Shown: piece after piece, positions 1-10,900 of the stretch
How the letters are laid out: each line of letters opens with the position of its first letter
How positions within the stretch are numbered: the first letter of the stretch is position 1
Source: Felis catus
Lineage: Eukaryota
DNA length: 64,000 nt
Assembly (NCBI RefSeq): GCF_018350175.1
Contig: NC_058383.1
Coordinates: forward strand, 12,712,001-12,776,000
Direction: 5' to 3'
Made by a program: the position numbers and the translations under genes
The notes under the pieces: model-generated
What the model was told of the DNA's origin: nothing
Databases searched by the model: none
Seen by the model: only the letters and a program-made list of their open reading frames with translations

Positions 1-46
1 TATTCTAAGTGTGTTTGCAGAGCTGTATAAGAAAGAAACCAAATTC

Positions 47-267
47 GGGGCGCCTGGGTGGCTCAGTCAGTTAAAATGTCCAACTTTTCGGCTCAGCTCA
101 TGATCTCACGTCCCGTGAATTCAAGCCCCGCATCCGGCTCTGTGCTGATAGCTCAGAGCCTGGAGCCTGCTTCAAATTCTTGGGTCTCCCTCTCTCTGCC
201 CTGTCTCACACTCTGTCTCTCTCTCCTTCAAAAATAAGTAAACATTAAAAAAAATTTTTTTTAAAGA
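47..267 (+). mobile_element. Can-SINE (SINEC, felid type)
   Basis: GGGGCGCCTGGGTGGCTCAGTC tRNA-derived head, CT-rich region, AATAAG/A tail; flanking AAGAAAGAAAC duplication. Confidence 0.95.
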
Positions 268-714
268 AAGAAAGAAACTAAGTTAAATCACATTAGTCTT
301 TTAGGCCCTGCTGAAAACATCTCTCTCAACCATTTTCTTTCATCTTGCCTAAATTTTGCTGTAAGTAATCTATCCCATAGACTAAGTTATATATCTTTAA
401 GAGTACCCTGTTAAAATCCAGATTTCCCAGCATAGCACACTATTACCAGTCATTACTTCTTAATAAAATGAGTTTATCAAATTAATATACAAACACAGCA
501 GAGCCACGATGGAATAGCATATGGGATGGTCATATCTTGATGGAGGAGGGAAAGTCCAAAACATGAGTTCTGCACACAGTAATCTCAGGTAGCACAGTGT
601 AGTCGGGGTCCAACAGTAGCCGGGAAACAGCCCAGAGTAGTGGGTTTCAGTGGGCAGGAGTGCTGGGAAATCACAGAAGGGCACAGGAAGGGAAAATACA
701 AATGAATTTCAGTA

Positions 715-1232
715 AAGAATAATAATTCCAAGTGTTGGTAAGTATGTGGAGAAACTGATATTCACAGCAACGTTATTCACAATAGCTAAAAAGTAGAAGC
801 AACCCAAATATTCATCAATACTAATGAATGGGTGAAGAAAATGTGGTACATCCCCCCTAGCTGTTCAGCAACACTGTTCAGCAAGAAAAAGGAATGAAGC
901 ACTGATACATGCTACAATAGAGCTGAAACTTGCAGACATGCTAAGTAAAAGAAGCCAGTCACAAAAGTTCGCATTTTGTATGATTCCACCTGTATGAAAT
1001 GTTCAGAATACGCAAACCTATAGACACAGAAAATAGATTAATAGTTGCCTAGAGCTGGCGGATAGGGGTGGGGAAGAGTAATTACTTATGGGCATGGAGT
1101 TTCTTTTGGGGGGGATGAAAGTATTTTACAATTAGATTATGATGATGGTTGCACAACCTTGTGAGTATTGTACTTGAATTTTGTACTTTAATAAATTAAA
1201 TGGTATGTACATTATATCTCAATAAAGCTATT
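715..1232 (+). mobile_element. Old L1 3' end (L1MB-like), internally deleted
   Basis: AGTGTTGGTAAGTATGTGGAGAAACTG; TTATTCACAATAGCTAAAAAGTAGAAGCAACCCAAAT; ends ATTATATCTCAATAAAGCT. Confidence 0.85.
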
Positions 1233-1297
1233 TAAACAATTAATTGTACCTAGACTTGACCCAGACTCCTCATTCAGTCTTATTACCCATACTTCTA

Positions 1298-1494
1298 TTT
1301 TTTTTTTTTTACTGTTTATTCTTTTTTTTTTTTGAGAGACAGTGCAAGTGGGGGAGGGGCAAAGAGAGAGGGAGACAGGATCTGAAGTGGGCTGCAAGCT
1401 GCCAGTGCCATGTAGGACTCCAACTCAAGGAGCTATGAGATCACGGCCTGAGCCAAAGTCAGATGCTTAGCCGAACGAGCCACCCAGGTGCCCC
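1298..1494 (-). mobile_element. Can-SINE
   Basis: Poly-T, then reverse complement of SINE body ending GAGCCACCCAGGTGCCCC; TATTACC flanks. Confidence 0.92.
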
Positions 1495-2299
1495 TATTAC
1501 CTATATTGCTAATTAACTTCTAACCAACTTATTCTGAAACAGCATAAAAATGGAACCAAGGCTGTAAACCCAAAAACCAAGTAGAACTGGATTTGAATCC
1601 GAGTTCCACGACTTCTTGGACCCCTGAAGTAGACAGTTTGCCTAGACCATCACGGTTGATTCTTGCCCTGACCGAGCATCAAGTACCAGCCTCCCAACCT
1701 ATTTACCATCTCATCTTGCTGTGAGTAAACACATATGGCTTCAAAATAGTTCCATATTTTAAGTTTTCATAAATAAAATTCTGGGATCCAAAGGAAAAAA
1801 AAAATCATTCACCAGGGGCAGATTAAGCATCTTTCTGAATGTCATCCAACACATCTAAGCCACCAGAAGGATGGTGACCTGGTCTCTTAATTTGAATGTT
1901 TGGGGAAAAAAAAAAAAACACCAAAAACTAAAAACTTGACAAAATTAGGGAGGTGACATCACAATTGGAACACAGAGGAAGCGACCTCAAAATCCAAATT
2001 CAAAGCCTCTCATTTGCCAAAAATTCATTTTTAATGAAATTTAGATTTAGCCTTAATAGATTTGGTGGCACAGGTACCCATAACATAACTTCTGTAAGAC
2101 ACTGTGGAAAACGAAGTAACTCCTGATAACTGAGTTAGTATTTTGGAGCTTCCAGTCTGAAAATCACCCCTCCATGTTTCATAGAATCCTGAATTCTCTA
2201 TAGCTGAGTATAGGAATCTCCTCCACCCTGGCCTGCTTCCCTTCCGAAAACTCCGCATTCTCCTTCTACCTACCTGTTATGTTATCAAGAGAACAGCCC

Positions 2300-4150
2300 T
2301 AACTCTACCATTGGTTTATCCAGGAAACAATGGTGTCCACTCCCCCCAGATAGCCCTGGATATAACTGAGGTAATCTCTTGGCCAGATTTTATCTAATTT
2401 TGTACATTTGTATCCTTTTAAAGACAGGATTGCTTTCTGGTTTCTGGGTTGCACCTTCAAGACAAAGTGTAGACATTTACCCCAATCCTTACTGACAGTT
2501 CTACACAAAATGACTCTTTAGGTTATAGATCCCTTGGACTGAACGCAAAGTAGAGTCTACCCCATCTTCAAAAAGAGCTTCTGTCACCTATCTAAGATTA
2601 CAAACTCATTAACTTGAAGGATTTATTCTCAGAATTCCATATTGTCTTTCTTCTCAGTAAGCCTCTGAAGAAAGCATCACGCATGAAGAGCAAAAAGGTT
2701 TTAGGTACAACTTATCCACAAGAACAATTTTATACTCTGCTTCTTGTATATGATAAATCTTCTTGAGAAGTTAGTTATGAACAATGTAAGACTTCATAAC
2801 ACACTTATTAGTCTATCATCAGCCTTTGATTCTCTGGACAGGGACTGTCTTTTCACTAAACTTGATGATCTTGGCAAACATCCCAGATGATTAACATTGC
2901 CCAAAACCCGTATCATAATACTATTGCCAGAATCAGAATGGCTACACATGATCTTAGGTCAGACAAAATTCCATTTTTAAACAGGATAAAATAGGACTTT
3001 CTATACCCTATTTCATTTTAATTTGTACATATTAGACAAGTTGATTCTATTTCAGATGCATAGGATGCCTGCCTTCCTACCATAGTTAATAGGAAGATGA
3101 ACGAGTTACATGAACATGGGCCGGGGGGGCGGGGAGGCGGGTAGCAACTTTACAACATGAAAAGACTTAAGACCCAACTCAAACTGTTGGCTAATTACTG
3201 TGAAAAAGAACAGTTCAAATTCAGCTATGCCAAAAAATTTTTTTTTTTTATTTGGGCAAGAATCCATCGATGTTCAAATGGACAACACTACAGAGCTTCA
3301 TCCATCATATTATTGCATGCTATAATCTAAGGATCTGATTTTTAGCTAATTCATCCTGGTGGGCCTATGTGTTTCCAAAGAGGCTTCACCTGGGTCCCCT
3401 GCAGGTCACTCCATGTCCAGGTTGCCAACTAGAACCATGACTTTGCAATTTTCCTTGCCACAATGTTCCCTTCCTTGTTCCGTGGTGTGGAATTATAGGG
3501 CCTTTAATGAGAATGTCTCCAGGCTTCCAAGTATATTTCTACCTTCTTTTTAAGGACGATGTTTTTTGTCTACAGACTCCCCTGTGGCTTACCACCATGC
3601 AAACCTGAGATAACCCCTGCTTCAGGACAAAAACACAGGCTTCAACAACCACTTTTCTGAATAGAAAGCCATCTTTGTTAATTGGGATCTAAGTTACATA
3701 TCTACTGCTTTCCTGGATAGTAGTACAATAGACCCATTCAGCTTCACGCACTGAAGCTGACTCTACGTGATCAATTAGAAAAGGAGAGATTGATTGGTTG
3801 GTTGGTTGGTTGGTTGGTTGGTTAGTTGGTTGGTTGGTTAGTTGTCTACTAATTATTTTATGGGTATTGGACAGCTCATGGATTCACCATGAAATGGAGA
3901 ACCAGATTTCAGGTTCAGTGTCCAGAAACAATTCCCAAATCACACCTCAGAACTGAGTTGATGAGGAAACCATTGACACTGGCCCTGATATCTGGACACC
4001 TTCATTGGCTTCTGTCCCTCTTTATCATCAGGAACACCAATTTGCCACCACTGCTGCTGCCTCCTGCACTCAGAAAACTCCAGATCCCTGCTTTCTTGTA
4101 ATTTTAGGACCACAGGTAAAGTCTGACATGGATACAACCAACTGGCAGGC
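2300..4150 (+). mobile_element. Highly decayed ancient LINE ORF2 (RTE-X/L4-like reverse transcriptase fossil)
   Basis: Collinear RT motifs across frameshifts: PIFKK (2561), YKLINL (2599), ISLSSAFDSLDR (2807), FNLYI (3017), LKTQLKLLANYC (3166), HLRTEL (~3941). Confidence 0.7.
3794..3843. repeat. (GGTT)n microsatellite
   Basis: Direct reading. Confidence 0.95.
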
Positions 4151-4440
4151 TCTGAGGCCCATGCCTGGGCCCTAGTTTCAAGGGACACTAAAAAACCAAA
4201 TATAGACTATTTTTAGGGTCTATGCAGGATAGTTTGGGCCCCAAACCAAGACTCAAAAAAGGAAGCATTCCCTAAGCTAAGAATGGGATTCCGTTGCTGC
4301 CTGACCATGATGAATGACAAATATCTACTACAACTATCATTTGGAACCATACTTCCAAAAGTGTCATTATAAAACAACTAGTATTTAAGAATGAGAGTTT
4401 ATGCAAAGAGCAAATTAGCTGTTCTTTTAGGTCAACAATA

Positions 4441-4576
4441 TCAGTGGTTCCAAAATCTAACTATCCATGAGAATGATTAGGGTGACCTTTGTTCAGGTTT
4501 CATACATGGAGATTCTAAGTTAGTAGTCAGAGTCTGGGCCTTGGAATTTATATTTTTAACAAATTCCTCTGATAAT
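4441..4576. mobile_element. MER5-like hAT-Charlie DNA transposon remnant
   Basis: CAGTGGTTCCAAAA start; GAGATTCTAAGTTAGTAG...GGAATTTATATTTTTAACAA. Confidence 0.6.
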
Positions 4577-4900
4577 ACAAATACAGTAGTTAATGATTTG
4601 GAATCCACTTGTTGAAACCTGTCCTTATACTCTCAGCCCCGAGAAAACAAACACGGACCTGCATTAGTTTTGCTCCTAAAGTACATGAAGTCACCACATA
4701 AAAAGTCCATCCTTGTATTCTATAGTTACTATGGAAGACACCAAAATTAATAGGTAATGAGTAACTTAAGTGTGGTTTATCTCTATGATGAACTCTTACA
4801 AGGAAATTTAAAGTGTTCGTTACGAAGAGTATGTGATGGCATGGGGAAATACCCATTATACAGCATCAAAAGAAAAAAGCATAATAGTCAATGTTAAGTT

Positions 4901-4905
4901 GTGTG

Positions 4906-4947
<42 letters not shown>
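4901..4947. repeat. (TG)n microsatellite
   Basis: Direct reading. Confidence 0.97.
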
Positions 4948-4951
<4 letters not shown>

Positions 4952-5296
4952 TATGCAATGTGCTCTCAACCATGTAAAATAAATGTACGCATAAGTGGCA
5001 AAAGCGAGATTAAATGTGTGCACTACACTCCCCCCTTTTCCACCCACTAATGGAAAAGAGGCCAGAAAAGCTAGGAGGATTTAAACACAGAAGCTAAGTC
5101 TGTCAACATAATAAAGATCTGGGAGAAAGAAGGAAGTAAAGAGAAAAGGCTTCAGTTACAAAAGAGAGAAAATGTCTTTTGAGAAGTGGCTGCGACTTAT
5201 CAAACTGCTCCAATCAGGACTTTTTTTCAGGGAATCCTGGAACATAGGTTTTGTCTTCCCTACTAAGTATAGAAGAGAAAGCATGTTGACCAGGGA

Positions 5297-5522
5297 CAGG
5301 GTGTCTCAACCTCAGCACTACTGACATTTTAGGCTGCATAATTCTTTGTTGTCAAAGGGGAGCTGACAGGGAAGGTGTCCTGTGTATTTCTAGCTTCTTC
5401 ATACTACATACTACATACGACTAGCATCTGCCCCTCCTCCCCATTTCTGACAACCAAAAATGTCTCCTGACATTGCCAAATGTCCCCTAGGGGGCAAAAT
5501 TGCCCCTGGTTGAGAACCACTG
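5297..5522 (+). mobile_element. MER20 (hAT-Charlie MITE)
   Basis: TCTCAACCTCAGCACTACTGACATTTT...GACAACCAAAAATGTCTCCTGACATTGCCAAATGTCCCCTAGGGGGCAAAATTGCCCCTGGTTGAGAACCACTG. Confidence 0.9.
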
Positions 5523-5991
5523 CCATGGAAGTAGCTAAGTATCAACTTGGGCAAACTGAGGAGCAAACCCTCCTGAGAACACAGCCAACTTGGAGCAAGC
5601 AGAACTGAGAAAAGGAGGAGGGAATAACAGTGTCGGTCACTTTGTTGGTGCCCGGAAAAAGCCTCCCCTGAAGCCAGACTTAACTGGAGTCTTTCCAGGA
5701 GTTTATAAATACCCCCGACCCTGCTTGGTTTTTGTGTTTGCAAAAAATCACCCTCCCTAATGCCCTTTAAGTTTTTGAAGAGAACCAAGCTTAGTGGAGA
5801 AATTGGAAAAAAGAGAATCAGAATGTCTAAAAACACCCTTGACTGGTCGGAAGGATGAATCATCTACCCAGGGTTTCAGGTGGTAAAATGGTCACCTGAG
5901 AGAAATCAAAATCCCAAGCTGGCACCATTTGCAGGAGTGGAGTCCAAGTTCACAAGCACTGACAGGGTACGGGAACTGCATAGTGAGAATG

Positions 5992-6128
5992 TAATATATA
6001 TATATATGAAATATACCTCATATATATCATATATATGTGTCATATATATATCATATATATATCATATATATGTATCATATATATGTATCATATATATCAT
6101 ATATGATACATATATATGATATATATAT
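5992..6128. repeat. AT-rich (TATATATCA)-like low-complexity repeat
   Basis: Direct reading. Confidence 0.95.
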
Positions 6129-6268
6129 CAGCCTAGAACAATGAAATTTGAAAGGCATATGTGGAATCATCTGGTTACAGCACTTCTGAAACCCAAGGTC
6201 ATGAGTAACCCAAAGAAACTCCATTCCCATTCAGGACGGGCTCTTATTTAACAATTCTTTCATGAGTT

Positions 6269-6394
6269 GGGGCACCTGGGTGGTTTAGTCAGTTAAAGAT
6301 CTGACTCTTGATCTTACCTCAGGTCTTGCTATCAGGGTCAAGGGTTCAAGCCCAGTGTTGGGCTTCACACTGGGCATGAATCCTACTTTAAAAA
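6269..6394 (+). mobile_element. Short Can-SINE
   Basis: GGGGCACCTGGGTGGTTTAGTCAG head, B-box GGTTCAAGCCC, no CT tract. Confidence 0.88.
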
Positions 6395-6589
6395 TTTTTT
6401 TTCTTTTTTTTAATGTTTATTTCTTTATTTTGACAGAGAGTGAGAGTACAGAAACAGAGGAGGAGCAGAGAGAAAGGGAGAGAGAATCCCAAGCAGGCTC
6501 TGCACTGCCAGTGCATGAGATGCATGAGACCATGACCTGAGCCAAAATCAAGAGTCAGACCCTCAACCGACTGAGCCACCCAGGAGCCC
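6395..6589 (-). mobile_element. Can-SINE (tail-to-tail with the previous element)
   Basis: Poly-T, AG tract, ends GAGCCACCCAGGAGCCC. Confidence 0.92.
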
Positions 6590-6700
6590 TCAAAAAGAAA
6601 AAAACTCTTCAATGGGCTGAGATCCCATGTTGATAGGTAAAGTATTTCAAAGTAAGTTGTGTATTAGCCTTCCATGCAGAAATTGCAAAGGAGGTAGGTT

Positions 6701-6904
6701 TTGGGTTTGTTTGTTTTTGTTTTTTTTTGAGAGAGAGAGAGAGAATGAGTACACAAGTGGGGAAGAGCCAGAGGGAGAGGGAGAGAGAGAATCTTAAGCA
6801 GGCTCCAGCCCAGTGTGGAACCCGACTTGGGGCTTGAACTCATGACCTGAGTCAAAATTGAGAGTCAGATGCTTAACAGACTGAGCTAGCTACCCGGGTT
6901 CCCC
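6701..6904 (-). mobile_element. Can-SINE
   Basis: Reverse-complement SINE; TSD AAGGAGGTAGGTT on both sides. Confidence 0.92.
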
Positions 6905-7029
6905 TTGAAGGAGGTAGGTTAGAACTAGTTAGATGACTCTTAAATTCCTCACCCACATCATGGAGAGGACTTGGGGATTGGTGGATTTCTTTGGAGAGAG
7001 TTGGTGTGCCAAGACCCACTTTGCGCAAT

Positions 7030-7033
<4 letters not shown>

Positions 7034-7062
<29 letters not shown>
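7034..7062. repeat. (GA)n microsatellite
   Basis: Direct reading. Confidence 0.95.
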
Positions 7063-7066
<4 letters not shown>

Positions 7067-7589
7067 GGAATGGCAGACACGTGGGCTAGTATCTGATTCC
7101 CACCTGTGCAAGAAGCAGTTTGGTAGGCTGTGGACAGACAAGCCATAGGAAAGACAGATGCTTCGGGTTCAGCCTGTTCCCCAGATTGTGTTGGGGTAAA
7201 AGATGCACGTGTATTTCCCATGGACTGAATGTGGGCCATGTAGAAGAGAGAGTTGACATAAGGTTCACAGAGAGTTGACATAAGGCCTTCACATAAATAG
7301 ACCTGAGCAGAGAGAAACTGAAGGTACCACTGGACCCGAGGAGGTGTGAAAAGAACATGAGACAGCTGAAGGCATGTGCATCACCCAGATGAAGAGAACA
7401 GATGGGAAAGGAAGTCTCAGAAGAATCCATAAACACACCCAAGGGAAACAAGTCAACTTTAAACACTCAGATAGCACAGAACCATCTAATCACACTACCA
7501 TTTGGTTAGGAATGTTCACCTCTCTTCATCTTTCCTCCAGTCCCAGGGGATCAGAAACCATTTTCACTAAGCCAGCACAAAAGAATTCG

Positions 7590-7650
7590 GGAAAGAAAGA
7601 GAGGAAGGAAGGAAGGAAGGAAGGAAGGAAGGAAGGAAGGAAGGGAGGGA

Positions 7651-7694
<44 letters not shown>

Positions 7695-7770
7695 AAAAGA
7701 AAAAGAAAGAAAAAGAGAGAAAGAAAAAGGCAAGGCAAGAAGGAAAGGGAGAAAGCGAGGGAGAGAGAAA
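7590..7770. repeat. Compound (GGAA)10/(GAAA)n polypurine microsatellite
   Basis: Direct reading. Confidence 0.97.
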
Positions 7771-8030
7771 GGACTCAACCATACCCCCTTTCCAGAATAA
7801 CCTGCTGCAAGAGAGAGTCAAAGTCTTGGCCTTTTAATGAAAATTTAAATATGAAGTATTACATGGGACTGGACATAAACTATGCTTTCAATGTAAAATG
7901 ACTGTAGAACTTTCTAGCTCCTACAAGAATATAAAAGGCATGGGGCCTGAACAAATTTACAGCTGAGGGCAGTTGAAAAACTAGTCTGACTGACAAAATT
8001 TTAAAAGATGGCAGAAATAAAAGTAAAATT

Positions 8031-8145
8031 GGGATACCTGGCTGGCTAAGTCAGCGGAGCATGTGACACTTGATCTTGAGGTTGCAAGTTCAAGTTCCAT
8101 GTTGGGTGTAGCGATTACTTTAAAATAAAATCTTAAAAAAAAAAA
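8031..8145 (+). mobile_element. Short old-type Can-SINE
   Basis: CCTGGCTGGCTAAGTCAG...CTTGATCTTGAGGTTG...AAAATAAAATCTTAAAA. Confidence 0.85.
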
Positions 8146-8392
8146 GGAAAATTGGTTTCTGATGACATACTTCTCCAAAGTACTAGTGTATTTTATGAAT
8201 CATATGAGGAAACTAAGCCCCATGAGGGAGAGACAAGAAAGGCAACAAATTGCAGAATGTACTTTCTTAAGAAATTTAGATAATGAATCAATCTCTAAAA
8301 ACACATCCTTAAAATAACTGTTTTAATTTTTAAATATAAAGGAATAGAATTTATTAGACAAGACTGAATATTATTTAAAGAGAACAGGAACA

Positions 8393-8497
8393 GGGGTGCC
8401 TGGCTGGCTCAGTCAATACAGCATGCAACTCTTGATCTCAGGGTTGTGATTTTGAGCCCCATATTGAGGGTAGAGTTTACTTTAAAAAAGAAAAAAA
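8393..8497 (+). mobile_element. Short old-type Can-SINE
   Basis: GGGGTGCCTGGCTGGCTCAGTC head; TSD AGAACAGGAACA. Confidence 0.9.
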
Positions 8498-8509
8498 GAA
8501 CAGGAACAC

Positions 8510-8670
8510 TTGAAAAAAACCTAGCTAAGTAGAAGTTTGAAAATGAAAAATATAGTTCACTAAATAAAAGTAATTAATTGGAGGGTAGTTTGAAGAGCAG
8601 ACTAGACACTGGGGAAAAGAAATTCAGTGAACTGGAAGATAAGTCTTGGGAAATCATCCAGAGCTTCTTT
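8510..8670 (+). mobile_element. Old L1/HAL1 ORF1 coiled-coil fragment
   Basis: Translates LKSRLDTGEKKFSELEDKSWEIIQ, matching the L1 ORF1p motif LNSRLDxAEERISELEDxxxEIIQ. Confidence 0.75.
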
Positions 8671-9298
8671 GAGCAAAGATGCTTGTGTCCCATCACCGGT
8701 GGGTTTTCTCAGGATCTATTCCTTCACAGGTTCCCCCCGCCTTCTTACCAGTTCATATCAGCCAGACCCTGTACCTGGGAGGAGAAGGATGCTGTTTCCT
8801 CCCAAAGGAGTGACTATATTTCCTCACTTGGGCTACTCTATGACCTGATTGTAACTCATGGTCAGAAAGAAATGAGAGGCAAGACCTTAAGGAAGAAAGA
8901 CAAGAATCAACTTATGAGATTTTGTAGCTTTTCAGGCAGGAGAAGTCTCCTTTCCCCTGCAAGGGAGAGTCTGCTTCTCCAGCCCAGAGTTATAGGAGAA
9001 CCTGGAGAACCCGAGATTCTCAGGCTTGTCTATCCAATTGTCCTAAGGCCAGAACTCATAGCCCTCTCCTCTCCCGGCCCTGCCTTTGGCGTAGACTTGG
9101 TGGGGTTGTGTTTTCACTGTCCTGTGTAGTCTGCTGTCCCTACAATCGGTGCCTGAGCCTGGATTTCGGCACCGTCTTCCCTGCAGCTGCAGGAGATGAA
9201 TCTCTTTAAAAACTGCCTTGGGGGCTTTCCGACATTCACAGTGTGCCTGAGTTGACAGTTAACTGAATCGAGCCTGCATTTTCTATTTTCAGGGCTTC

Positions 9299-10135
9299 TG
9301 TATCAGTCAGAGTTTGATCCGAAAAATAGAACCACTAGACATGATCTAGAATATGGGATTTATTACAGGGCTTCAACCTCTTGCAGTTGTGTGAGCTGGT
9401 GACATAGTCTCTGCACGGCTGTTGCCTCTGCATCCAGTGCTAAGACTAAAAAGCAGGCTGGGCAAACAGTCCAGCCCAGGAGGCAGAGAAGCTGAAGGAG
9501 GAGATCTGGTGGCAGCTGGAAGAGCTGTGGGCTAGCAGTTGCTTCATACCCATGAGAGGAGCCAGCAGAACAGCGACAACATTTGTGAGCTGCAACAGTG
9601 CCTGGTATCCCGTTATGGTCTGAATGTCTGTGCTGATGCCCTCCCGCCCCTTCACATGTCGAAATCCTAATAATCAACGTCATGGTATTAGGAGGTGGGC
9701 CCGTGAGAGGTGCTAAGTTCATGAGGGTGCAGCCCTCATGAATGGGATTAGGTCTCTCATAAAAAAAAAAAAAAAAAAAAAAAAAGTGAGTGGAAATCCA
9801 CAGAGCTCCTTAGCCCTTTGCACCAGGTGAAGATACAATGAGAAGTCTCTGACCTGGAAGAGGGCCCTCAGCAGACCATGACACCATCTTCTTGGACTCC
9901 TGGCCTTCAGAACTGTGAGAGATAAATTTCTGTTATTTATAAGCTACCCAGGCCGTGCTATTTTGTTACAGCAGCCCAAGCGGACCAAGACACCTTCTGA
10001 TTTTCAAACAAATATGGCTGCTTTCAAATCCCACCTGGGTCTTGTAGCCCAAATTAACCAGACTATGTAGAAAAGGGGATTCTGGGAAATGTAGTCCCAG
10101 CTTAGCTCAGGTGACACAGAACATATCCATCCCAG
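9299..10135 (-). mobile_element. MLT2E/F-like ERVL LTR, split by the MLT1 insertion
   Basis: TGTATCAGTCAGAGTTTGATC...AGAACCACTAG at one end; GGATTCTGGGAAATGTAGTCCCAGCTTAGCTCAGGTGACACA at the other. Confidence 0.7.
9611..9991 (+). mobile_element. MLT1A-like MaLR LTR
   Basis: GTTATGGTCTGAATGT...GCCCTCATGAATGGGATTAG...CAGAACTGTGAGAGATAAATTTCTGTT...CAAGACA. Confidence 0.88.
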
Positions 10136-10389
10136 CTCCTAAAGCAGTTAACAAAAGTCAACCAACACTGAAATCCTTACAACTACTGTTGTCCCCATAT
10201 GACTCAAATGTTACTACTGCTGTATTAATAATGTTTTGCCCTCCACTTGCCCCTCAGGCCTCTGTCGTCTAGATGAAAGTCTAGTAACTGGTACTCCTAG
10301 AAGTCAGGAGTCATCGTACCACTTACCCCATTGCCCTGACCATAGAGTGATTCCAGTTCCAGAATTCATTCTGAAGCTCTGGTTTCTAG

Positions 10390-10900
10390 ACCATTTTGGC
10401 CTGGGTTTCCCCTGGAAAGCAGACCATTAGACAGGGGACTTGTGTGGAGGTGGCTGATTTGGAAGACAATCCCAGGGATAGAGGTGGTGGGCAAAATAGA
10501 AGGAAAGGCAAGATAAGGGTGAAAACTTGAGTTACTCACCACTGTGGGAAACTGGGGCTTGACCCAGTGGGGCTTGACCCACCACTGTGGGAAACTGGGG
10601 CTTTCAGAGAAGCCATTCAAGATGTGCCTCAGAAGTGACCACAGGAAAGAGGCACAAAGAGATTATTTATGGAGAAGGGGAGTATTTATCCACCATCTCC
10701 CAATCCACATTGGACAAAGTTTGCACCCTGGGGTGTTATCTCTGTCTTATTTTGGGGACACAAGTGCATGAGTGCCAAGGGGGTTCTGTAGGCATCCATT
10801 ACCATGGCCCCACTGCTGAACCAGGAACATCAGGTTTCACCTGCACAGAGCTGGTGGCTGTGGCAACGGCCAAAGTGGAAGGTGAGGAGTGAGATGGAGC
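10390..10900 (-). mobile_element. ERVL LTR remnant (LTR16/LTR33 group)
   Basis: GGGTTTCCCCTGGAAAGCAGACCATTAGACAGGGACTTG...TTTGGAAGACAATCCCAGG; CACTGTGGGAAACTGGGGCT. Confidence 0.6.

Noticed and set aside
7374..7901. 175-aa ORF rich in K/R/E
   Set aside because: Kept open by the GGAA/GAAA microsatellite; overlapping minus-strand ORFs are the same artefact.
8578..9129. Longest ORF (183 aa)
   Set aside because: Starts at TTG in an L1 ORF1 remnant and runs into unrelated sequence; no recognisable domain or splice structure.
8675..9235. Possible additional LTR ending ...GGGGGCTTTCCGACA
   Set aside because: No family recognised and no clear TG start or TSD.
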